DNA from: Acidimicrobiia bacterium | GTDB taxonomy: Bacteria > Acidobacteriota > Vicinamibacteria > Vicinamibacterales > UBA2999 | Reading direction: 5' to 3' | NCBI GenBank assembly: GCA_016871255.1 | Contig: VFZH01000004.1 | Location: forward strand, 567 to 64,566 | DNA length: 64,000 nucleotides | In this document: piece after piece, positions 29,509 through 38,849 of the stretch | How positions within the stretch are numbered: the first letter of the stretch is position 1 | How the letters are laid out: each line of letters starts with the position of its first letter | Position numbers and translations under genes: made by a program | The notes under the pieces: model-generated | The model's input: only the letters and a program-made list of their open reading frames with translations | Databases searched by the model: none | What the model was told of the DNA's origin: nothing

Positions 29509-30409
29509 TCGGTCTCGCCGGCAGCCGCGCCGCCGCGCGGCCGACCGGGGCCGCCGGCGGTTCATCATCGTCACCGGGCTGTCCGGGTCGGGAAAGTCGC
29601 ACGCCATCCGGGCCCTCGAGGACCTCGGGTACTTCTGCGTCGACAATCTGCCCGTGCAGCTCATCCCCACGCTCGCCGAGATCCCGACGGGGACCGGGGC
29701 AGGCGCCGATCGGGTCGCCATCGTCGTGGACATCCGCGAGGGGAACTTCCTGCGGGACTTCCCCGGCGCGTACCAGGCGCTGCGGGAGATGAGTGGCGTG
29801 GACTCGATGCTCATCTTCCTCGAGGCGAGCCACAGCGCGCTGGTCCGCCGCTTCAGCGAAACACGCCGCCCACACCCGCTCGCCAAGGATCGCTCGGTGA
29901 CCGAAGGCATTCGCGAGGAACGCAGCCGCCTGAACACCATCCGGCGCATGGCCGACCTGATCCTCGACACCTCGAACCTCACCGTGCACGAGCTGCGGGA
30001 CGCCTTCATGCGCCTGCTGCGCGACGGGCCCCACCGGACGCCGGTGGTCGTCACCCTGCTCAGCTTCGGCTACAAGCACGGGCTCCCCCTGGATGCCGAC
30101 CTCGTCTTCGACGTCCGGTGTCTGCCCAACCCGCACTTCGTGGACGACCTGCGCGATCTGACGGGCCGCGACCGGCCCGTCGTCGAGTACATGCGGCGCC
30201 ATCGCGGCACCCGGGACATGATCACGCGTCTGGCCGGATTCCTTTCGTTCCTGCTGCCGCAATACGTCGAGGAGGGGAAGAGCTACCTGACCGTCGCGAT
30301 CGGCTGCACGGGAGGCCGCCACCGGTCGGTCATGGTCGCCGAATCGCTGAAGCGGGCGCTGGCGCGGGTGCCGGACGTGCGCCTGCGGGTCAAGCACCGT
30401 GACAGTTGA
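29456..30409 (+). CDS. rapZ: RNase adapter / nucleotide-binding protein RapZ (YhbJ)
   Basis: Walker A GLSGSGKSHA, then FCVDNLP and C-terminal IGCTGGRHRSV. The only canonical starts (ATG 29456, TTG 29426) lie inside the hprK 3' end, which gives an Arg-rich N-terminal extension. Confidence 0.85.
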   Translation: MPVTSKTTKAPNRRTTTDRSRRQPRRRAADRGRRRFIIVTGLSGSGKSHAIRALEDLGYFCVDNLPVQLIPTLAEIPTGTGAGADRVAIVVDIREGNFLRDFPGAYQALREMSGVDSMLIFLEASHSALVRRFSETRRPHPLAKDRSVTEGIREERSRLNTIRRMADLILDTSNLTVHELRDAFMRLLRDGPHRTPVVVTLLSFGYKHGLPLDADLVFDVRCLPNPHFVDDLRDLTGRDRPVVEYMRRHRGTRDMITRLAGFLSFLLPQYVEEGKSYLTVAIGCTGGRHRSVMVAESLKRALARVPDVRLRVKHRDS

Positions 30410-30457
30410 GGCGCGCACCGCCCGTCGGGCCGGTGCGGCCTCTGTGGAGCCTTCGGC

Positions 30458-30898
30458 ATGATTGGAGTCGTCGTCGTCACGCACGGGCAGCTCGCGGTGG
30501 AGCTGCTGAACACGGCCGAGGCCATCGTCGGCGACCTCCCGCGGTTCCTGGCGGTGTCGATCGGGTGGCACGAGGACGTGCAGGAGGCACGGGATCAGAT
30601 CGCGGCGGCCGTTCGCCAGGTCGGCGCCGACGGGCACGGCGTGCTCGTGCTCACCGACATGTTCGGTGGCACGCCGGCCAACCTCGCCATCACGTTCCTG
30701 GAAACGGATCGGATCGAGGTCCTGACCGGGGTCAACCTGCCGATGCTGATCAAGCTGGCCAGGCTCACCGAGCCGGCCGGACTCCTGGACGTCGCGCGCG
30801 AGATGCGCGAGCACGGTCGCAACGCGATCTGGGTCGCCTCCGATCTCCTCCAGGGCAACCATCCGGCGCCCGGCACGCCGGAGACCACCGAATCATGA
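30458..30898 (+). CDS. PTS EIIA component, mannose/fructose family
   Basis: 146 aa. IGVVVVTHGQLA (phospho-His region) and LTDMFGGTPAN. Confidence 0.85.
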   Translation: MIGVVVVTHGQLAVELLNTAEAIVGDLPRFLAVSIGWHEDVQEARDQIAAAVRQVGADGHGVLVLTDMFGGTPANLAITFLETDRIEVLTGVNLPMLIKLARLTEPAGLLDVAREMREHGRNAIWVASDLLQGNHPAPGTPETTES

Positions 30899-31173
30899 CC
30901 AGCCGGAACGCGATGGTCTGCAACCAGCTCGGGCTGCACGCCCGGGCCGCCGCACGGTTCGTCCATCTCGCCTCACGCTACCGGTCACGCATCCGCGTCG
31001 CCCGCGATTCGAAGGTCATGGATGGCAAGAGCATCCTCGGCATCCTGCTGCTGGCGGCGGCCAGGGGCACGACCCTGACGATTTTGGCCGACGGCGCGGA
31101 CGAGCAGGACGCCGTGAACGCCCTCTGCACGCTCGTCGAGTCCGGATTCGGAGAGACCCCGTGGAACGCCTGA
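30895..31173 (+). CDS. ptsH: Phosphocarrier protein HPr/NPr
   Basis: 92 aa with the His-15 context LGLHARAAA and the Ser-46 context DGKSILGIL. The ATG overlaps the EIIA stop (ATGA). Confidence 0.88.
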   Translation: MTSRNAMVCNQLGLHARAAARFVHLASRYRSRIRVARDSKVMDGKSILGILLLAAARGTTLTILADGADEQDAVNALCTLVESGFGETPWNA

Positions 31174-32939
31174 GGGGCACGGGCGTCTCCACCGGCGTGG
31201 CGATCGGGACGGCGCTGGTTGCCGTCCAGCGCACGCAGGTCATCCGCTACCAGCTCGCTCCCGAACGGGTGGCCGACGAGCTGGCCGCGCTCGAGCGCGC
31301 CCGCCAGCGCTCGCGCGAGCAGCTGCAGCAGGTCCGCAGGCGGCTCGCGGCGCTCAGGGGACGCGAGCTGGCCGCGATCTTCGACGCCCAGATCCTGCTG
31401 CTCGACGACCCGATGCTCGCCACCCGCGCCTCGGCCCTTGTGCGCGACGAGCGGGTGAACGCGGAGTGGGCCGTTCAGCACGCCTTCGACGAGGTGGCCG
31501 CGCTGCTCAACGACCCGGCCGAGCCGGCCCTGGGCGAGCGGACCGGGGATCTCCGCGACCTCGCCCAGCGGCTCCGCGCGAACCTGCGGACGGAGCAGCG
31601 CGGCCGGTCCGGACCGTTCGAGCAGCTCGACGGCCCGTGCGTCGTCGTGGCGGACGAGCTGACGCCATCAGCGGTGGCACAGCTCGACTGGACGAGGATT
31701 GGCGGGTTCGCGACCGACATCGGCAGCCGGACGCACCACACCGCCATCATGGCGAGATCGCTGGGCGTACCTGCCGTGGTGGGGCTGGGCGACGCCAGCC
31801 TCCGCGTCCCGGCCGGTGCGACCGTCATCATCGACGCGGACTCGGGCGAGATCGTCGTGGATCCCACGCCCGCGGTGCAGCGCGAGGCCGAGGCACGTCT
31901 CCGGCTGTCGAGAGCGCGCAGCCTCGTGGTCGCCCGTGCGCCGGAAGGGCCGTTGACGACGGCAGACGGCCTGCGGATCACGTTGGAAGCCAACCTCGAT
32001 CGTCCCGAGGAGATCCCCGGCGCACTGGCGGCCGGAGCGGAGGGCATCGGGCTGTACCGATCGGAGGTGCTGCTCGCGGGTTCCCGGCCCGAACGGGCGG
32101 GCGAGGCGCACCAGTACGCCATCTACCGGCGCCTGCTCGAGGACATGCGGGGCCGCCCCGTGACGATCCGCACGTTCGACGTGGACGAGCGGCCGCCGGG
32201 CCGGGACCTGGGCGGCGGGAGCCTGCAGGCCCCGTGGCTGGGGGAGCCGGACACGCGCGACGGACACGCCGGGCTGCGCGGCATCCGCTTCGCGCTCGCA
32301 ACGCCCACGATCTTCCGGACGCAGCTCCGTGCGCTCCTGCGCGCAGCCTCCCATGGCTGGCTGCGCATCGTGTTTCCCTTCGTGTCCGGCGTCGAAGAGA
32401 TGCGAGCCGCCCGGCGGCTGGTGGACGACGTGCGCCAGGAGCTGGCGGGTGCCGGGCAGGAGGCCCCGCCGGTGCTCCTCGGCGCCATGATCGAAGTCCC
32501 GTCGGCGGCCCTCATGGCGGCCGCGCTCGCCTGCACGGCGGACTTCTTCGCGATCGGCACCAACGACCTCATCCAGTACACGCTCGCGGTCGATCGGGCA
32601 GACGAGCGGGTCTCCGCACACTACCAGCCGCTGCACCCGGCGATCCTCCGCCTCATCCGCCACGTGCGGCGCAGCGCGGCGCGCGAAGGCATCCCGGTGT
32701 CCGTCTGCGGGGAAATGGCGTCGGACCCCGTCCTCCTGCCGCTGCTGATCGGGTGCGGCCTGCGCACCTTCAGCATGACGCCGGCGGCCATTGCCGCCGC
32801 GCGGGCCGTCGTGGGTCGGACAGACAGCCGGGCCCTGGCGCGCGTCGCTGGCCACGCGGTGCGCTTCGGCACGACGGAGGAGGTGGAACGATACCTGGCT
32901 CGGCTGGAGGTGTCCGCAGTCGCGGCGGACCCGGTGTGA
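31161..32939 (+). CDS. ptsI: Phosphoenolpyruvate--protein phosphotransferase (Enzyme I)
   Basis: 592 aa. Phospho-His region GSRTHHTAIMARSLGVPAVVG; PEP-utilising domain FFAIGTNDLIQYTLAVDR; catalytic Cys in VSVCGEMA. Confidence 0.93.
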   Translation: MERLRGTGVSTGVAIGTALVAVQRTQVIRYQLAPERVADELAALERARQRSREQLQQVRRRLAALRGRELAAIFDAQILLLDDPMLATRASALVRDERVNAEWAVQHAFDEVAALLNDPAEPALGERTGDLRDLAQRLRANLRTEQRGRSGPFEQLDGPCVVVADELTPSAVAQLDWTRIGGFATDIGSRTHHTAIMARSLGVPAVVGLGDASLRVPAGATVIIDADSGEIVVDPTPAVQREAEARLRLSRARSLVVARAPEGPLTTADGLRITLEANLDRPEEIPGALAAGAEGIGLYRSEVLLAGSRPERAGEAHQYAIYRRLLEDMRGRPVTIRTFDVDERPPGRDLGGGSLQAPWLGEPDTRDGHAGLRGIRFALATPTIFRTQLRALLRAASHGWLRIVFPFVSGVEEMRAARRLVDDVRQELAGAGQEAPPVLLGAMIEVPSAALMAAALACTADFFAIGTNDLIQYTLAVDRADERVSAHYQPLHPAILRLIRHVRRSAAREGIPVSVCGEMASDPVLLPLLIGCGLRTFSMTPAAIAAARAVVGRTDSRALARVAGHAVRFGTTEEVERYLARLEVSAVAADPV

Positions 32940-32958
32940 TGCAGCGCGGAAGAGCGGG

Positions 32959-33372
32959 TCAGTGCCCCGGCACGCGGCTCACGCGGCCGTACCGGTCATC
33001 GAGCCGGACCACGTCGTCGAGTTCGGGCGTCGAGGCCTCGAGCACGTCGCAGTCGTCGATCGCCGTCATGCGGTGCACCGTCATCGGCGTCACGCGGATG
33101 CTGTCGCCCGGCTGCATCTCGATCCGGACCAGCTCGCCGTCCTCCTCGATCTCGTAGAGCAGCCGGCCGGAGTGCAGGTAGATCGTCTCGTCCTTGCGCT
33201 CGTGGTACTGAAGACTGAGCGCGTGGCCCGCGTTGATGTGCAGGATCTTGCCGACGTACCGGTCCGTGTGGGCCCAATGAATCTCGTAGCCCCACGGCTT
33301 CTCGACGCGCCTTACCTCGTTGTCCACGCGTACACCCGCAGGCGAAACGAGCGGCAGCGGCCGGGCCGCCAC
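32959..33372 (-). CDS. Cupin-domain protein (mannose-6-phosphate isomerase type II C-terminal-like)
   Basis: 137 aa with WGYEIHW...GHALSLQYHERKDETIYL...PGDSIRV, characteristic of cupin_2/MPI-like barrels. Confidence 0.75.
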   Translation of the reverse strand: MAARPLPLVSPAGVRVDNEVRRVEKPWGYEIHWAHTDRYVGKILHINAGHALSLQYHERKDETIYLHSGRLLYEIEEDGELVRIEMQPGDSIRVTPMTVHRMTAIDDCDVLEASTPELDDVVRLDDRYGRVSRVPGH

Positions 33373-33378
33373 CGGCCG

Positions 33379-33807
33379 TCAGAAGGGAATGTCATCGTCC
33401 GTGATCGGATCGAGCGGGGCCTCATCGTGGGGAGACCCGCCGCCGCTCCGGTCACCGCCGCCCGACCGGCCACCACCACCGCCGCCGAGGAGCGTGACGC
33501 GATCCGCCTTGACCTCTGTCGTGTAGCGCTTGTTGCCGTCCTTGTCGTCCCACTGGCGCGTCTGCAGACGGCCCTCGACGTAGATCTGCTTGCCCTTGGT
33601 CAGGTATTCCTGCAGCGACTCCGCCTGCTTGCCCCACAGGATCACGCGGTGCCACTCGGTCTTCTCCTGCCGCTGACCGTTCTTGTCGTTCCAGATCTCG
33701 GTGGTCGCCATGTTCAGGGTCGCCACGGCCGCGCCGCCCGGCGTGTACCGCAGCTCCGCGTCCCGTCCCAGGTTGCCGACCAGAATGACCTTGTTGACGC
33801 TGCCCAC
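33379..33807 (-). CDS. ssb: Single-stranded DNA-binding protein
   Basis: OB-fold N-terminus ([22 protein letters not shown]), a Gly-rich linker and the acidic tail DDDIPF. Confidence 0.93.
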   Translation of the reverse strand: MGSVNKVILVGNLGRDAELRYTPGGAAVATLNMATTEIWNDKNGQRQEKTEWHRVILWGKQAESLQEYLTKGKQIYVEGRLQTRQWDDKDGNKRYTTEVKADRVTLLGGGGGGRSGGGDRSGGGSPHDEAPLDPITDDDIPF

Positions 33808-33824
33808 GTCACGTGCTCCTTCGC

Positions 33825-34718
33825 CTACGGTTGGCGCGCAGCCAGGCGATCGAGCCCCTGCTGCGCCAGCCGGCCGGCGTCGCTCTCCGGGAAACCCTTG
33901 ACGGCGAGCTCCCAGGACTCGCGCGCCGCATCGACGTTGCCCTGCCGCTCCATCGCCAGCCCACGTTTGTAGTACGCGTCCGGAGCCGCGTTCGAGCCGG
34001 GGTAGAGCCGAATCACCTCATTGTATGCGTTCACCGCATTGGGGTTCCGGCCTGCGGCGTAGTGCGCTTCCCCGATCATGAACTGCGCGTCGTCAGCCAG
34101 ATCCGTGCCGGGGAACGTCCGGAGGAACGCCTCGTAGCCCTGAATCGCCAGCACGTACTGCCCCGAGGTGTAGTCCGCGAACGCCTGATCCAGCATCCGT
34201 CTCGGGGACAACCCGGCCGGGGAGGGCGTAGCCGGCACCTGAGGGATCGGCATGACGGGCGCGGCCGGAGGCGTTCCGGCCGCGGCCGCCGGATCGCCCG
34301 CGGCCGACGGATCGGCCGGATCGAGCGGCATCGGCATCGGGGGCGGGTAGATCGGGATCGACGCCCTGAGTGCCTCCACCTCCTGGTCGAGCGCGGAGAT
34401 CCGGACATTGGTCTCGCTCGAGCGCTCGCGGATGATCCGCAGGTCGTCGCCGATGCTGTCGAAGAGCACCTTCTGATCGGCGAAGGTCTTGCGGTCCGCG
34501 TCGACCTGCTGGTCGAGGCGGGTGTTGATCAGGCGGAGCGCATCGGACAGCGTCGCCACGGCGATCGCCAGCTGCTGCGCCTGCTCCTGCAGCATCCGGA
34601 TGTCCGCCATCATCTGCTGGTGCTCGCGGTCCGCCGCCTGCACCGGCGACGCCGCCAGCGCACCGATCAGCAGCACGCTCCCCGCCGCGATTGTCCTGCG
34701 CATGGCCAAGTCTCTCAT
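33825..34718 (-). CDS. cpoB: Tol-Pal system protein CpoB/YbgF
   Basis: Signal peptide, a coiled-coil region and a C-terminal TPR block ([26 protein letters not shown]...[22 protein letters not shown]). It sits immediately after pal. Confidence 0.8.
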   Translation of the reverse strand: MRDLAMRRTIAAGSVLLIGALAASPVQAADREHQQMMADIRMLQEQAQQLAIAVATLSDALRLINTRLDQQVDADRKTFADQKVLFDSIGDDLRIIRERSSETNVRISALDQEVEALRASIPIYPPPMPMPLDPADPSAAGDPAAAAGTPPAAPVMPIPQVPATPSPAGLSPRRMLDQAFADYTSGQYVLAIQGYEAFLRTFPGTDLADDAQFMIGEAHYAAGRNPNAVNAYNEVIRLYPGSNAAPDAYYKRGLAMERQGNVDAARESWELAVKGFPESDAGRLAQQGLDRLAARQP

Positions 34719-35287
34719 CTCGAGGTGATCACGAAGTGCGCCCGGCGGTTCTGCTGCCAGGCCGACTCGTCGTGGCCCGGGTCGAACGGGAACTCCTTCC
34801 CGTAGCTCACGATACGCAGCCGATCGGGGGCCACCCCGAGCGACTCCAGGTACCGCCGGGCGGCCGCGGCCCGTCGCTCGCCGAGAGCCAGATTGTATTC
34901 GGCCGTGCCGCGTTCGTCACAGTGTCCTTCGATCGTGACCGTCCAGGTGGGGTAGCGCCGCAGTACGTCCGCGTTGCCTCGAACGGCCAGCTGGGCGGCT
35001 GCGTTCAGATCCGTGCTGTCGTACTCGAAGTACACCGGGGCGAGCGGGGAGTTGCGGTTGAGGTCGTCGAGCGAGCGGCTGCCCACGTCGTCGGCCGCCA
35101 CCGGCTCCGGCGGCGGCAGCGGCACCGGCTCCTCGACCCGCTCCCGCACGACGGGCGCCGGGGCCGGCTCGTCCATGGCCGGGGGTGGCATGGGCGCTTC
35201 CACCACGGGCGGCGTCTTCTCGCCGCACGCGGCCGCTGCCAGGGCCACGAGCGCCAGCGCCCCGAGGGCTCGATTCTTCATGCGCAT
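34715..35287 (-). CDS. pal: Peptidoglycan-associated lipoprotein Pal
   Basis: Lipobox LAAAACG and OmpA-like domain TIEGHCDERGTAEYNLALGERRAAAARRYL. I chose the ATG at 35287 (MRMKNRALG...). Confidence 0.9.
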   Translation of the reverse strand: MRMKNRALGALALVALAAAACGEKTPPVVEAPMPPPAMDEPAPAPVVRERVEEPVPLPPPEPVAADDVGSRSLDDLNRNSPLAPVYFEYDSTDLNAAAQLAVRGNADVLRRYPTWTVTIEGHCDERGTAEYNLALGERRAAAARRYLESLGVAPDRLRIVSYGKEFPFDPGHDESAWQQNRRAHFVITSR

Positions 35288-35306
35288 CGCTCTGACGCCT
35301 CCATGG

Positions 35307-36719
35307 CTACTGCGACCAGCTGGGGGTGAAGTTGTTGCCGTCGCGCGTGATCTGGCGGACGTCCCGGCCATCACGCGCCACCGTGAAGATCTGGGCCCGC
35401 CCCGCGCGGGTCGACGTGAACGCCAGATGACGGCCGCTCGGCGAGAAGGCCGGGCTCTCGTTGCTCCCCTCGCCGAAGGTGATCTGCCGGGTCTGGCCGG
35501 TCGAGACGTCGTAGATCTTGATGTCGTACCCGGGGCCGGTCTGCGCCGCGAACGCAATTTCGTTGTTGGGCCCCGAGGACCAGGTCGCACGGTCGGCGTA
35601 CTGCTCCCCGATGCTGATCCGCCGGGGTGTCCCCAGCCCGTCCGCGCTGACGACGAAGACCTGTGCTCGGCCCGCCCGGTCGGACGTGAAGGCGATCTCG
35701 GTCCCGCTGGGCGACCACGTGGGCGTCACGTCCCCGGCAGGGTGGTTCGTCAGGCGCCGGACGCCGCTGCCGTCGGCGTTCATCACGTAGATCTCCGGGT
35801 TGCCGTCGCGACTCGACATGAACGCCATCCGCTTGCCGTCTGGCGACCAGGCGGGCAGGAAGTTGCTCCCCCGGCCGGCGGTCGGATTTTCCGAGCGCCC
35901 CTCGTAGATGTACGCGACGAGGATGTCGGGCACGCCCTTGCGATAGGACGTGTACGCGATCGCCCGGCCGTCGGGCGACCAGACCGGCGTGATGTTCAGC
36001 GTCCGGTTGACGGTGATGCGTCGCTGGTTGGCACCATCGTAGTCCGCGATGTAGACCTCCTTGACGTCGCGATCCTGGACCGTGCCGCCGACCTTCTCGC
36101 GGTTGCGGTCCGACGAGAAGGTCAGCTTGGTGCGCGCCACGCCCCGCAGCGCCCTCTGGTGCTGGTGGATCTCGTCCGAGATCGTGTGGGCGTACACGCG
36201 GGGGTTGCTCGCCGAGCCTCCGTACTCCCGCGCGAACACCGACTGGCGCGACCGCACGTTGAACAGCCGGACCTCCACGCGCACGTCGTTGCCGGTCTTC
36301 GACACGGTTCCGAAGACGACACCGTCGGCACCCAGCTCCCGCCAGGCGTTGTAGGGAATCTGGCCCGGCGCACGTGCCTGCGGCACCGTGGTGTAGGTGT
36401 CCCGCGGTATCAGATAGAACTCCCGCTCGAAGTTCAGATCGTCCCAGAGCACGGCGCTGACGACCTTCGCAACCTCCGCCGCGTCCGGCGTCAGCGCCAC
36501 GAACTCGGGGACGGCGAAGCGGGGAGGGGTTCCCGGGTCACCCGAGATCGAGAGTTCGACCTCGCTCGGCTGACGCTGGCTCGCGGGTGGCGCCTGGCTT
36601 GCGGGGACCTGCGCTGCGGCCGGCGGTGGCGCGGCGACCGGCTGCCGGCCGGCCACCAGGCCACCGGCCACGACGAGGGTCAGGGCAGCGACGGCTACGT
36701 GCATCGGGGTCTGTGTCAT
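35307..36719 (-). CDS. tolB: Tol-Pal system beta-propeller protein TolB
   Basis: TolB N-domain plus repeated P.WSPDG blades (PVWSPDGRAIAYTS, PAWSPDGKRMAF, PTWSPSGTEIAF, PAFSPSGRHLAF). The ATG at 36719 overlaps the upstream stop (ATGA). Confidence 0.92.
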   Translation of the reverse strand: MTQTPMHVAVAALTLVVAGGLVAGRQPVAAPPPAAAQVPASQAPPASQRQPSEVELSISGDPGTPPRFAVPEFVALTPDAAEVAKVVSAVLWDDLNFEREFYLIPRDTYTTVPQARAPGQIPYNAWRELGADGVVFGTVSKTGNDVRVEVRLFNVRSRQSVFAREYGGSASNPRVYAHTISDEIHQHQRALRGVARTKLTFSSDRNREKVGGTVQDRDVKEVYIADYDGANQRRITVNRTLNITPVWSPDGRAIAYTSYRKGVPDILVAYIYEGRSENPTAGRGSNFLPAWSPDGKRMAFMSSRDGNPEIYVMNADGSGVRRLTNHPAGDVTPTWSPSGTEIAFTSDRAGRAQVFVVSADGLGTPRRISIGEQYADRATWSSGPNNEIAFAAQTGPGYDIKIYDVSTGQTRQITFGEGSNESPAFSPSGRHLAFTSTRAGRAQIFTVARDGRDVRQITRDGNNFTPSWSQ

Positions 36720-37501
36720 CAGCGTTGGTACTCGAACCACATGTGAACGGTGAGCGTCGAGTTCGAAAAGGCCGCCGGGAGTTCTGGCACGGTCTGCGTC
36801 AGGAGCAGGGCCCGCTGCGCCGCCATGTCGAGTGCCACGAAGCCGCTGGGGCGCTCCACCAGCACCTTCGTCAGCGCACCGTTTCGTTCGATCGTAAACT
36901 GCATCAGCGTCTTCGCCGTGACGTTTTGCTTCGAGTTCCAGTTGCGCTGGATCGCCTGCACGACCGCCTGCAGGTACTCCGGACAGCAGAAGTCACCCAC
37001 GTCGAGATACGCGCCCGATCCCGTGCCTCCGCCGCCGGTCAACCCGAACCCGCGGCCGCGCGCTCCCGTGTCTGCCCGCGCGCTGCCTTCACTGACCTCT
37101 TCACCCGTGGTCGGCCGCTGCCCCCTGGCCTCCGGCGTCCGCGTCGGAGCGGTACTCGGCCTCGGGGCCGTCCGTGCTTCTTTGGACGGCAACGTCATCT
37201 CCGGCGGTTTGGCCGCCGGAGGCGCTTCGGCCCTGGGGCGCGGCGCCTCCTGCGGTGCCACCTGCTGGACCGCCCGGCCCCCGATCGCGGACAGTCCACC
37301 TGCCGGGCCCGGGCTGCCCCCGAGGCTGATCGCCATCACCAGCCGCGGCTCGTCGTCCGGCCCGGCCGCTGGCATCAGGATGACGCCGGTCACGAGCAGG
37401 GCGTGCGCCACGATCGAGGCAGCCACGACGGGCCCCCAGGACTCGCGCGTGGCGGCGCGGGACAGGATGGCGGCCGTTGCGCTCTCAACCATGGCCGTCA
37501 T
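36719..37501 (-). CDS. TolA/TonB-family energy-transducer protein (TolA position in the operon)
   Basis: N-terminal anchor helix, a Pro/Ala-rich spacer and a C-terminal TonB_C-like domain (QAVVQAIQRNWN...VERPSGFVALD). It lies between tolR and tolB. Confidence 0.7.
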   Translation of the reverse strand: MTAMVESATAAILSRAATRESWGPVVAASIVAHALLVTGVILMPAAGPDDEPRLVMAISLGGSPGPAGGLSAIGGRAVQQVAPQEAPRPRAEAPPAAKPPEMTLPSKEARTAPRPSTAPTRTPEARGQRPTTGEEVSEGSARADTGARGRGFGLTGGGGTGSGAYLDVGDFCCPEYLQAVVQAIQRNWNSKQNVTAKTLMQFTIERNGALTKVLVERPSGFVALDMAAQRALLLTQTVPELPAAFSNSTLTVHMWFEYQR

Positions 37502-37516
37502 CTCCGGTCGCCGCGC

Positions 37517-37978
37517 TCACCGCTCCCCGGGCAGGGCCGTCACCAGCCCGACGTTCTCCACGCCGCCTTCCTTGAGCGTGTCGAGAATCGTCATGAACTC
37601 ATCGTACCGAATGCCCCCATCGCCGCGGAGGAACACCTGCCGATCCGTCCGGTTCAGCAGCGTCTGGCGCATGCGCTCGGCCAGCGCCGTCAGCGGCACG
37701 GTTTCCTCGCCAAGGTACACCCGCGTGTCCTCGCGATACGACAGCGGGATCGACACGAACAGCCGCTCGCTGGCGATTTCTTCCGAGCGCGTGGCCACCG
37801 GCAGCTTCACCTCCACACCCCTTTGCAGCATCGGTGCCGCCACCATGAAGATGATGAGCAGCACCAGCATGACGTCCACCAGCGGCACGACGTTGATCTC
37901 GGCCAGGGTGGGCGTCACGCGCCGGCCTCGGCTGTGCCGGCCGCCGGCGCCGGGTGCCGCGGCTGCAACCTTCGGCAT
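37517..37978 (-). CDS. tolR: ExbD/TolR family protein
   Basis: 153 aa with EINVVPLVDVMLVLLIIFMV and a periplasmic domain. Confidence 0.88.
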   Translation of the reverse strand: MPKVAAAAPGAGGRHSRGRRVTPTLAEINVVPLVDVMLVLLIIFMVAAPMLQRGVEVKLPVATRSEEIASERLFVSIPLSYREDTRVYLGEETVPLTALAERMRQTLLNRTDRQVFLRGDGGIRYDEFMTILDTLKEGGVENVGLVTALPGER

Positions 37979-37982
37979 CGAT

Positions 37983-38741
37983 CTAGGTGAAGTTCCGTTC
38001 CGCGATGTTCAGGAACTCGAGGGCGAAGTCGTCCATCGCCGCCGACAGTTCCTTCACGCGGTGGGTGAAGTGGTTGTAGAAGAGCACCGCCGGGATGGCG
38101 GCGAACAGCCCCGCGGCCGTGGCCAGGAGCGCTTCGCTGATGCCGGGCCCCACGACGGCGAGGTTCGTCGAACCGGTCGTGCCGATCCGCTGGAACGCGA
38201 TCATGATGCCGACCACCGTGCCGAACAGCCCGATGAAGGGCGTCACGCTGGCCGTCGTCGCGAGGAAGGTCAGGCGCCGTTCGAGCTTGCCGACTTCGAC
38301 CGTGGCCGCGCGGATGAGCGCGCGATCCACGGCGTCCAGGCTCTTGAGCAGCGGGCGGCTCCCGCCGCCGGGCGACGACTCCTGTCCGGCGCCAGCCTGC
38401 CGGAACTGGGCGTTGATCTCCGCGAAGCCCGCCTGAAAGACGCCGACCAGCGGCGTCTCCGGCAGCGTCGGGCAGACGGCCTGGACCTCGGAGAACTTCT
38501 TGCTCTTGTGGAAGACGTCGAGAAACGTCCGAGTCTGGCGCTCAACCGCGCGATACGCCAGCAGCTTCAGCAGGATGATCGCCCAGGACGCGATCGAGAA
38601 GATCACCAGGATGGCGAGCACGACCTGGTTGATCGCCGTGCTCTGGGCGATGATGTGCGCGATGTCGCCGGTCCCAGCAGCCGGGGCTGCGGCCGCGTCC
38701 TGGACCTGGAGGGCCAGGACGAAGCGGGCAAACGTCTCCAA
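37983..38741 (-). CDS. tolQ: MotA/TolQ/ExbB proton-channel protein
   Basis: 252 aa with three TM segments and the conserved C-terminal region TVAPFIGLFGTVVGIM-like (VTPFIGLFGTVVGIMIAF). Confidence 0.9.
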   Translation of the reverse strand: METFARFVLALQVQDAAAAPAAGTGDIAHIIAQSTAINQVVLAILVIFSIASWAIILLKLLAYRAVERQTRTFLDVFHKSKKFSEVQAVCPTLPETPLVGVFQAGFAEINAQFRQAGAGQESSPGGGSRPLLKSLDAVDRALIRAATVEVGKLERRLTFLATTASVTPFIGLFGTVVGIMIAFQRIGTTGSTNLAVVGPGISEALLATAAGLFAAIPAVLFYNHFTHRVKELSAAMDDFALEFLNIAERNFT

Positions 38742-38816
38742 CGAAACCTCCGGTCATCGATCGGGCGCCGCTGGGACAGCGCAGTCGTCGGAGCGTAGCA
38801 CGGGCTCTGAAAGCTG

Positions 38817-38828
38817 TCAAACGTTTGA
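38817..38828. promoter_or_regulatory. Perfect 12-bp palindrome TCAAACGTTTGA upstream of recN (candidate operator)
   Basis: The sequence is its own reverse complement. It ends 21 nt upstream of the recN ATG (38850), in the tolQ/recN divergent region. Confidence 0.4.
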
Positions 38829-38849
38829 TACCATGGAAGTTCCGCTGAC

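Noticed and set aside
30415-30436. Hairpin GCACCG-N10-CGGTGC between rapZ and the EIIA gene, considered as a terminator or attenuator.
   Set aside because: It has a short 6-bp stem and no downstream U-tract, and the flanking genes are otherwise tightly co-oriented. There is not enough evidence to call a terminator.
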